From positions 3,590-67,589 of the forward strand of contig JANXMS010000480.1 of NCBI GenBank assembly GCA_025354525.1: 64,000 nucleotides of DNA, read 5' to 3'. Under the pieces are notes generated by a model. That model did not search any database, was not told the origin of the DNA, and saw only the letters and a list, made by a program, of their open reading frames with translations. This document shows, in pieces, positions 18,460 to 25,999 of the stretch; position 1 is the stretch's first letter, and every line of letters begins with the position of its first letter. The translations under genes were made by a program, and so were the position numbers. Origin of the DNA: Acidobacteriota bacterium. Lineage in GTDB: Bacteria > Acidobacteriota > Terriglobia > Bryobacterales > Bryobacteraceae.

Positions 18460-19110
18460 TTATTGACCTCTCGCCTTTTTCACCGCGGCCAAAAACTGCT
18501 TCGCCCGCTCGGTAAATACGTCATATTTTCCGGTCTTGATCGTCTCATTGTCGATCAATTCGCTCCCTACCGCCACGGCCGATGCCCCAGCCTGTAAGAA
18601 GTCCCCGATCGTGTCCAGGTTCACCCCGCCCGTCGGGATCATCAGCACGTGCGGCAGCGGTGCCTTCACTGCCTTTATGTACTTCGCCCCGCCGACGTTC
18701 GAGCACGGGAACACTTTCACAAAGTCCGCCCCCGCCTCCCACGCCGTCAAAATCTCGGTAGGTGTCAACGCCCCGGGGCAGATCACGACCGAGTAGCGCC
18801 GCGCCATTTCGATCGTCGCCACCTTCAACGCCGGGGTCACCAAAAACCGTGCGCCGGCCAGAATCGTGGCGCGGGCGGTCTCTGGATCCAGCACCGTCCC
18901 CGCGCCCAAAATCATCTTGTCGCCGAAGGCATCGGCCAACTTTTCAAGCGCTTTGATCGCCCCGGGCGTCGTCATCGTAATTTCAGCCGAGCGGATTCCG
19001 CCCTCATAGACGGCTTCAATCGACTTGATCGCCGCCTCTGCCGAGTTCACTCGGATGATCGGGACGATCCCGATCTCGAGCATGCTGGATACGATTTCTT
19101 GTTTTGTCAT
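18460..19110 (-). CDS. eda: KDPG / 4-hydroxy-2-oxoglutarate aldolase
   Basis: IVPIIRV, GIRSAEITMTTPGA, GAGTVL, VKVFP (Schiff-base Lys context), IPTGGV. Confidence 0.9.
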   Translation of the reverse strand: MTKQEIVSSMLEIGIVPIIRVNSAEAAIKSIEAVYEGGIRSAEITMTTPGAIKALEKLADAFGDKMILGAGTVLDPETARATILAGARFLVTPALKVATIEMARRYSVVICPGALTPTEILTAWEAGADFVKVFPCSNVGGAKYIKAVKAPLPHVLMIPTGGVNLDTIGDFLQAGASAVAVGSELIDNETIKTGKYDVFTERAKQFLAAVKKARGQ

Positions 19111-19122
19111 GAAACGACTAGG

Positions 19123-20334
19123 TTACCAATCCACCACCGAGCCGTCATCCGCGTCATAGCTTTCCTGATTCCGCCAGTCATGGCCAATCTTGTCCGCCAT
19201 CGCGTTCTCATCCAGTTCAATCCCCAGCCCCGGCCCGGTCGGCAATTCCAAATAGCCTTCCTTCACCGTGAACGGCTTTTTGATGTAGCCTTCGCCCAAA
19301 CTCACCTGCTCTTGAATCAGGAAGTTGGGAATTGAAGCCGCCAAGTGCACTCCCGCCGCCAGCGAAATTGGCCCCAGCGGATTATGCGGCGCTATCGTCG
19401 CATAGTAAGCCTCGGCCATCCCCGCAATTAATCGCACTTCCGTGATCCCTCCCGCGTGGCACATATCCGGCTGCAGAATCGTCGCGGCCCGCTTCTCCAG
19501 CACTTCGCGGAAGCCCCATTTCGTAAACACGCGCTCCCCCGTCGCAATCGGCAAATGCGTGCCCCGCGCAATCTCCGCCATGATGTCGTGGTTCTGCGCC
19601 TGGCACGGCTCCTCAATGAACATGGGGTTATACGGCTCCAGGCCCTTAATCAGCATCTTGGCATGCGCCGGCGAAATCGCCCCGTGGAAGTCCACGCCGA
19701 TATCGACGTTGTCGCCCACCGCCGCCCGCAACTCGGCAAACTTCTCCACCGCATATTTCACTTCGGCCGGCGTCTCAATGTACCGCGCCGGACGCCGCTT
19801 CGCCGGCCCCGTCTTGAACGCCGTGAAGCCCTTCTTCATATCGGCCTTCATCGATTCCGGCGTCCGCGAATGCGCATACACCCGAATCTTGTTCCGCGTC
19901 GGCCCACCCAAAAGCTCGTACACCGGCACGCCCAAAGCCTTGCCCTTAATGTCCCACAACGCTTGGTCAATCCCGCTCAACGCGCTCGTCAATACCGGCC
20001 CACCCCGATAGAACGCATGACGATAAATCGCCTGCCAATGATGCGTCACCGCCCGCGGATCTTTCCCCACCAAATACGGCGCGATCTCCTCAATCGCTGT
20101 TCGGCAAGTCAGCGCCCGGCCTTCCACCACCGGCTCGCCCAACCCGATAATCCCGGCGTTCGTATGAATCTTCAGAAACAGCCAACGCGGCTTCACCAGA
20201 ATCGTTTCCAGCTTCGTGATCCGTAGCTTGTCCTTGGCCGCAATCGGCGCGTTCTGCGCTAGCGCCGGATTCTCCTTAAACAGCGTGGTCAATCCAGCCG
20301 CGCCCAGCCAATTTCTGCGTGAAAAGATACTCAT
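19123..20334 (-). CDS. Enolase-superfamily dehydratase (D-galactonate dehydratase family) with a twin-arginine-type N-terminus
   Basis: ATG 20334: MSIFSRRNWLGAAGLTTLFKENPALAQ (SRRxWL Tat-like motif), then ITKLETILVKPRWLFLKIHTNAGIIGLGEP, SGIDQALWDIKGKALGVPVYELLGG, FIEEP, HNPLGPIS. Confidence 0.85.
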   Translation of the reverse strand: MSIFSRRNWLGAAGLTTLFKENPALAQNAPIAAKDKLRITKLETILVKPRWLFLKIHTNAGIIGLGEPVVEGRALTCRTAIEEIAPYLVGKDPRAVTHHWQAIYRHAFYRGGPVLTSALSGIDQALWDIKGKALGVPVYELLGGPTRNKIRVYAHSRTPESMKADMKKGFTAFKTGPAKRRPARYIETPAEVKYAVEKFAELRAAVGDNVDIGVDFHGAISPAHAKMLIKGLEPYNPMFIEEPCQAQNHDIMAEIARGTHLPIATGERVFTKWGFREVLEKRAATILQPDMCHAGGITEVRLIAGMAEAYYATIAPHNPLGPISLAAGVHLAASIPNFLIQEQVSLGEGYIKKPFTVKEGYLELPTGPGLGIELDENAMADKIGHDWRNQESYDADDGSVVDW

Positions 20335-20350
20335 ATCGCCTGCCACTCTA

Positions 20351-21910
20351 TCAGGAAAAATGAACCCATAGGCCACCCACTGCCGCCAGAATCGCCACCG
20401 TCGCCGCCACCTCCATTCGACTTCCCCGCAAATGCGCAAAATCCATCGTCAACTCCTCCACGCCCAGCTTCACCGCCGACCCCTTCGACACCACCACCAT
20501 CAACAACACACACAGCGCAAACACCCCCACACTGAAGTTTAGAAAGCTGATCGAAACCACGTCATTCCACACTCCCAGGTCCATCTTGAAGGCGTTCCGC
20601 AAAACGTCCAGCAGGAATCGCCCGCCCCCAATCACGCCCCCCACAATCAGCGTCGTGATCGCCGCCGTCGGCGTCGCCCCCTTCCACAAAATCCCCGTCA
20701 AAAACGTCGCCGCAATAGGCGCGCCCACGTAGGCCTGCACACTTTGTAAATATTGATAAACCTGATCGTTCAAGTTCCGTATAAATGGAATCCAGACCAC
20801 GGACAGCACCACGATACCCACCGTCGACCAACGTCCGAAATTCACGAGTTGCCGGTCCGTCGCTCGCGGCCTCCAGGGTTTATAAATGTCCATCGTCATC
20901 AGCGTCGAACACGAATTAAAAACGCTCGAAAGCGAACTCATCAACGCCGCCAATAACGCCGCCACCATCAGCCCCTTAATCCCCGGCGGCAACAACCGCA
21001 TCACGAGCAGGGGATACGCGTTGTCCCCGGTCACCTCAGTCGGCCACAGCGCCTTCGCGATCAACCCCGGCAGCACCAAAATAAAGACCGGCAAAATCTT
21101 CAACGCCGCGCAGAACAGCGTCCCATACCGCGCCTGCTGCAAGTTCCGCGCCGAAAGCGTCTTCTGCACAATCACCTGATCCGTACACCAGTACCAGGTC
21201 CCCAAAATGAGCGTGCCGAAAATCGTCCCCACCCACGGGTAGTTCGGGTCGCTCGCCGGCTTCACCATGCGGAAAAAGTCTGGCGGCAGCGCCGTCCGCA
21301 GCGCTTGAAATCCACCCACCTCATTCAGCCCGATCAGCGTCAGGACCACCGCCCCCACCACCAGCAACACGGCCTGAAACACATCCGTGTAGATCACCGC
21401 CGCCAACCCGCCGAAGATCGTATAGACCCCCGTCGCCACCACCAGCAAAATCGCCGAAGTCATGTAGTCCCAACCGACAATCTCCCGAATCAAAATGCCG
21501 CCCGCAAACAGCGAAACCGAAATCTTCGTGAAAACATAGGCGAATAGCGACACGCCTGTCAGGTACCACCGGCACCCCGGCGAGAACCGTTTCTCTAAAA
21601 ACTCCGGCATCGTGAACACCTTGCTCTGCAAATAGTGCGGCACAAAAAGCCAACCCAGCAACAACAAACAAATCGACGCTGACCACTCGTAGCAACCCAC
21701 CGCCAGCCCCGTCGAAGCCCCGCTCCCCGCCAGCCCAATGAAGTGTTCGCTCGATATGTTCGTCGCAAACAGCGACGCCCCCACGGCGAACCAACCCACG
21801 TTGTTTCCCGCTAGAAAATACTCTGAAGCGCTGCGCTCTTTCCGTGAATGATAAAAACCAATCCCGAACACAATCACGAAATAGACGGCTATGATGGACC
21901 AATCAAGCAT
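20351..21910 (-). CDS. Sodium:solute symporter (SSS family)
   Basis: ATG 21910: MLDWSIIAVYFVIVFGIGFYHSRKERSASEYFLAGNNVGWF, a typical SSS N-terminus. About 13 TM segments. Confidence 0.85.
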   Translation of the reverse strand: MLDWSIIAVYFVIVFGIGFYHSRKERSASEYFLAGNNVGWFAVGASLFATNISSEHFIGLAGSGASTGLAVGCYEWSASICLLLLGWLFVPHYLQSKVFTMPEFLEKRFSPGCRWYLTGVSLFAYVFTKISVSLFAGGILIREIVGWDYMTSAILLVVATGVYTIFGGLAAVIYTDVFQAVLLVVGAVVLTLIGLNEVGGFQALRTALPPDFFRMVKPASDPNYPWVGTIFGTLILGTWYWCTDQVIVQKTLSARNLQQARYGTLFCAALKILPVFILVLPGLIAKALWPTEVTGDNAYPLLVMRLLPPGIKGLMVAALLAALMSSLSSVFNSCSTLMTMDIYKPWRPRATDRQLVNFGRWSTVGIVVLSVVWIPFIRNLNDQVYQYLQSVQAYVGAPIAATFLTGILWKGATPTAAITTLIVGGVIGGGRFLLDVLRNAFKMDLGVWNDVVSISFLNFSVGVFALCVLLMVVVSKGSAVKLGVEELTMDFAHLRGSRMEVAATVAILAAVGGLWVHFS

Positions 21911-23225
21911 GGGCCATAGTCTACAGAACCGCCGCCAATTCCTCCACTCCCTCTTTCCGCAGCAGCGTCCGCCGAACGTCGTTTTCATCATGGCCGACGA
22001 CCTCGGCTACGGTGATCTCGGCTGTTACGGCCAAAAGCGCATCAAAACGCCCCACCTTGATCGCCTCGCCGCCGAAGGCATCCGCTTCACCCAGGCCTAC
22101 GCCGGATGCACCGTCTGCGCTCCCTCCCGCTCCGCCTTCATGACCGGTTATCACACCGGCCACACCCGCGTCCGTGGCAATGGCCCCAACGAGAAAGTGC
22201 TACGAGCATCTGATTTCGTGCTACCAGAGCTCTTCAAAAAAGCGGGCTACACAACCGGCATGTTCGGCAAGTGGGGCCTCGGCGGCGTCGGCTATCCGGG
22301 CTACCCTACCAAGAAAGGTTGGGACACATTCTTCGGCTTCTTTAGCCAGTCGCAGGCGCACCTGTACTACCCCGACATGCTCCTCGACGGCGACCATGCC
22401 GTCGAACTCACTGGCAACTGGGGCGGCAAAAAGAAGCAGTACGCCCCCGATCTCTTCCTCGACCGGTCCCTCAAATTCCTCGACGCCAATCAAGCCAAGC
22501 CGTTCTTCCTCTACTTCGCCTCCACCATCCCCCACGCCAACAACGAACTCGGCCGCGACTCGGGCGACGGCATCGAAATCGCTGACGACGCCCCGTACTC
22601 CGGCGAACCTTGGCCACACCTCGAACGCAAATTCGCCGCCACCATCACACGCCTAGACCGCGACGTCGGCCGCCTCCTCGATAAGCTCAAGCAACTTGGG
22701 CTCGACAGCAACACGCTCGTCTTCTTCAGCTCCGACAACGGCCCCCACCAGGAAGGCGGCCACGATCCCAAATACTTTCAATCCTCCGGCCCCCTCCGCG
22801 GCACCAAACGCAGCCTCACCGAAGGCGGCATCCGCGTCCCGTTCCTCGCCCGCTGGCCCGGCAAAATCAATCCCGGCCAAGTCTCCGATCATCCCTTCGC
22901 CTTTTGGGACATGATGGCCACCTGCGCCGAACTCACAAACCAAGCCGCCCCGAAAGATACCGACGGCCTCTCCATCCTCCCGGCCTTGACCGGCGGCAAA
23001 CCCAAGGTCCACGATTTCTTTTATTGGGAGTTCCACGAAGGCGGTTTCAAACAAGCCCTCCGCGTCGGCAACTGGAAGTACGTCAAGCCCGCTCTCTACG
23101 ATCTCTCCCAAGACGTAAGCGAAACGACAGACCTAGCCAAACAATTCCCCGAAATCGTCAGCCGCATGGAGACTCTCCTCCTCTCCGTCCGCACCGAATC
23201 CCTTGATTTCCCCGTCCGTCGCTAA
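21909..23225 (+). CDS. Arylsulfatase-family sulfatase (formylglycine type)
   Basis: PNVVFIMADDLGYGDLGCYG and CTVCAPSRSAFMTGY (C-x-P-x-R signature). Start at ATG 21909 (MGHSLQNRRQFLHSL) or ATG 21891. Either choice overlaps the divergent SSS start. Confidence 0.9.
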   Translation: MGHSLQNRRQFLHSLFPQQRPPNVVFIMADDLGYGDLGCYGQKRIKTPHLDRLAAEGIRFTQAYAGCTVCAPSRSAFMTGYHTGHTRVRGNGPNEKVLRASDFVLPELFKKAGYTTGMFGKWGLGGVGYPGYPTKKGWDTFFGFFSQSQAHLYYPDMLLDGDHAVELTGNWGGKKKQYAPDLFLDRSLKFLDANQAKPFFLYFASTIPHANNELGRDSGDGIEIADDAPYSGEPWPHLERKFAATITRLDRDVGRLLDKLKQLGLDSNTLVFFSSDNGPHQEGGHDPKYFQSSGPLRGTKRSLTEGGIRVPFLARWPGKINPGQVSDHPFAFWDMMATCAELTNQAAPKDTDGLSILPALTGGKPKVHDFFYWEFHEGGFKQALRVGNWKYVKPALYDLSQDVSETTDLAKQFPEIVSRMETLLLSVRTESLDFPVRR

Positions 23226-23241
23226 TCGTTACACCGAAAAA

Positions 23242-23281
23242 GGCGGAGGCCGCGGGAAACATTCTCCCCGCGGCCTCCGCC
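23242..23281. terminator. GC-rich perfect inverted repeat between convergent genes (likely bidirectional terminator)
   Basis: ggcggaggccgcggg (23242-23256) pairs with cccgcggcctccgcc (23267-23281) across a 10-nt loop. It lies between the sulfatase stop (23225) and the S8 protease stop (23306). Confidence 0.6.
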
Positions 23282-23305
23282 CCTCTTTACTGCCTGAAGC
23301 TTTAC

Positions 23306-25324
23306 TTACTCAGCAGTACCGTACACCTTGATTTTCACCGCACCCAACGTTCCGGCCGCGCCATTCGCGCGGTTGTCGGCGACAACCACTTTCCACGTTC
23401 CAGCCGCCGATTCACCCCAAAAATGCGGAGTGGTAAAGGTATAGTCGGTGAAGTCGGCGTTATCGTCGTTCGGTCGGCTTCCCGCTTCAGCGATGTATCC
23501 ACTCGGAGAAAGAATCCCGAGAGACAAATCGCCCCGCTTGGCATGCTTTATCGTTACCGTAACTTCCACGTGTTCCACCCGGATCTTGGCGGTCGCCAAG
23601 TTGAGGGATACCTCGGCCAACTTACCGTCGTCGGGGATGGCCCCGCCAGTAGCAGTGGCTTCCACACTGACCAGCGGACCAGCAACTTTCCAGTCAGGGG
23701 CAAGCTCCAAGGCCGCCGCCACGTTGAGAAGGCCCGCCCCGAAGGCGTTGCTGAAGAAAAAGCCGCCCTTGTTCGCTACGAATTTGTCCGTGCCTTCCAG
23801 CCCTTCGCGGTTCGCTGATTTCATAAGAATTTCCTTGACGTCGCGGTAGCTGAGATTGGGGTTCTTCTCCAGCAGCAGTGCCGCCGCGCCAGAGACCTGA
23901 GGTGCCGCGGAGGAGGTGCCGTTTGCCGTGTCGGTGTAGTTGAGCGGCGCTTCGGTAGTCGGGTAGTTCTCGGCTTTGTTTTTGAACGCCTCCTCACCGG
24001 AAACGTTGGCGCTCCAAAGTACCGATGGCGGTTGGAATTCGCCGCCAAACGCGGCGATGGCCACCGACATACCGCTTTCGGAGTAGGAACTCTGCTTTCC
24101 ATCCCGTCCCACCGCGCCCACGGCGATACCGAACCGGGTGCCCGAGGCGGCATCGTAGCTCGCATCGTCGCCGTCACCGCGGCCATTGCCACAAGAGATG
24201 GAGTAAACGGTGCCCAAGCCGTTGCGGTTGGTCGTCGCGCCTTTCTCCACACCCGCCAAGTGCAGAGCACTCACGCGGCCGTCGTCCTTGCCGTCATCCG
24301 ACGGACCCCAACTGTTGCTGGAGACGTGGGTGATGATGCCTTCCGGCTGCCACGCCAGAGCGATCCCCGCCGCTTCCTCTGAAACCGCGCCGCCCACAAA
24401 CCGCAGGCCCATCACTCGCGCTTCCGGAGCCACGCCTGTAACGCCCGTATTGTTGAATCCCGCCGCGGCGGCCAGTCCGCCACAATAGGTGCCATGGTTC
24501 TCCTTCGCATTCATCGGCGAAGGATCGTTGGGCGCGCCGTCTGGCTTGAAATTGCGATGATAGCCGGATTCCAGCGGATACGCGTTCGTGAAATCCTCAT
24601 GCTTGATCTCCAGGGCATCGTCGATTACGGCCATGTTGATCCCCTTACCCGTAACCTGATCCCAGGCATTCTTCATGCCGATGTTGAACGGGGACTTATC
24701 GTCGAGATGCCACTGTTTCGGATAGAGCGGATCGCTCACCTCGCGCTTCAACGTTTGACGTACAAACGATTCGCGGGCGAACACCGGAGTGAACTCCCAA
24801 CCGCCTTGTTTAACCATCCAATCGGCAGCATCCAGCGCCGCGAAGGCGTCCGGATAAGCCACCAGCATCCAGCCTTTCACCATGCTCGCCTCGGCGGCAA
24901 TGGGCTGGCTGGCCGCGAGTTCGCTGTACCGGGCCGCATCCATGTGGACCAGCAGTTTGGCCGTCATCAGACGGCGGGCGCCGTCTTTACGCTTGGCCCG
25001 CTCAGCGGGGGTCAAGCCGGCGAGTATCTCCGCCGAGGGCAGGTTGGCCTTGTCGTAGAAGACCGGGATGATGCTGCTGCGGTTCGAACGGGCAGCGCGT
25101 AGCTTGTTTACTGCTTTCGGCGAATCAAGCTGGAACAGCCTGCCGCCGCCCCAGGACGAAACGCCGCGTGCGGAATTCACAGCGGTCGTGCGGCTAAAAA
25201 CTTCATCCTGCGAAAGCACGTAGCCGGATTTCCGGCCGCCGTCGGAGAAGGAGTAGTCGCTCTGAGCCCAAAGCCCGGTCAGCGCCAAGAGACTCGCGAA
25301 ATAAAATCGAAATAGAAATGGCAT
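23306..25324 (-). CDS. Secreted S8 serine peptidase, kexin/proprotein-convertase-like, with a C-terminal P-domain
   Basis: Signal-like MPFLFRFYFASLLALTGLWAQ. Catalytic triad contexts AVIDDALE (Asp), HGTYCGGLAAA (His), GTSSAAPQVSGAAALL (Ser). P-domain-like VTVTIKHAKRGDLSLGILSPSG. Confidence 0.9.
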   Translation of the reverse strand: MPFLFRFYFASLLALTGLWAQSDYSFSDGGRKSGYVLSQDEVFSRTTAVNSARGVSSWGGGRLFQLDSPKAVNKLRAARSNRSSIIPVFYDKANLPSAEILAGLTPAERAKRKDGARRLMTAKLLVHMDAARYSELAASQPIAAEASMVKGWMLVAYPDAFAALDAADWMVKQGGWEFTPVFARESFVRQTLKREVSDPLYPKQWHLDDKSPFNIGMKNAWDQVTGKGINMAVIDDALEIKHEDFTNAYPLESGYHRNFKPDGAPNDPSPMNAKENHGTYCGGLAAAAGFNNTGVTGVAPEARVMGLRFVGGAVSEEAAGIALAWQPEGIITHVSSNSWGPSDDGKDDGRVSALHLAGVEKGATTNRNGLGTVYSISCGNGRGDGDDASYDAASGTRFGIAVGAVGRDGKQSSYSESGMSVAIAAFGGEFQPPSVLWSANVSGEEAFKNKAENYPTTEAPLNYTDTANGTSSAAPQVSGAAALLLEKNPNLSYRDVKEILMKSANREGLEGTDKFVANKGGFFFSNAFGAGLLNVAAALELAPDWKVAGPLVSVEATATGGAIPDDGKLAEVSLNLATAKIRVEHVEVTVTIKHAKRGDLSLGILSPSGYIAEAGSRPNDDNADFTDYTFTTPHFWGESAAGTWKVVVADNRANGAAGTLGAVKIKVYGTAE

Positions 25325-25420
25325 GATTGGTTCCTATTAAGTCAGGGGCAATCTCTCGCCAAAAGTGTTCATCAGGCAAAAAATAGTTTTGCGCCCCAGT
25401 GCTACCATCGGGTTTTAGCG

Positions 25421-25999
25421 ATGGATTCGTCCGCACCCTCTGATATCACCCGAATGTTGTCCGCTTGGCGCGACGGTGACCCCGAGGCTTTGTCCCGCCT
25501 CACACCCCTCGTGTACGGCGAACTGCACGGTTTGGCCCAGGCCTACCTGGCACGGGAACGGCCTGGACACATTCTGCAACCCAGCGCCCTGGTCAACGAA
25601 GCGTTCCTCCGCCTCCTCGAATGGCAGCCAGACCACTGGCAGAACCGGGCCCATTTTTTTGGAGTTTCGGCCACCCTGATGCGGCGGATTTTGGTGCAGT
25701 CCGCACGGGAACAACACACTCTGAAACGCGGCCAGGGTGCCCTCCGGGTGTCGCTTTCAGAAGCGAGCGACGTGGCGGCGCAACAGCCCGAAGGCGCCGA
25801 TGTCCTTGCGCTCGATAGCGCCTTGGACTCCCTCGAAAAACTCAATCCCCGCCAAGCTCGCACCATCGAACTGCGCTTTTTCGGCGGATTGAGCCTGGAA
25901 GATACCGCGGAAGTGATGGGGACTTCCGTCAGCACCGTGCGCCGCGATTTCCGCATGGCCCAAGCCTGGCTCTATCAACAGTTGAGCCGGCCAGCATGA
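25421..25999 (+). CDS. ECF sigma factor (Sigma70_ECF/PF07638, TIGR02999-like)
   Basis: DITRMLSAWRDGDPEALSRLTPLVYGELHGLAQAYL, and region 4 ELRFFGGLSLEDTAEVMGTSVSTVRRDFRMAQAWL. The stop overlaps the kinase ATG (ATGA at 25996-25999). Confidence 0.85.
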   Translation: MDSSAPSDITRMLSAWRDGDPEALSRLTPLVYGELHGLAQAYLARERPGHILQPSALVNEAFLRLLEWQPDHWQNRAHFFGVSATLMRRILVQSAREQHTLKRGQGALRVSLSEASDVAAQQPEGADVLALDSALDSLEKLNPRQARTIELRFFGGLSLEDTAEVMGTSVSTVRRDFRMAQAWLYQQLSRPA

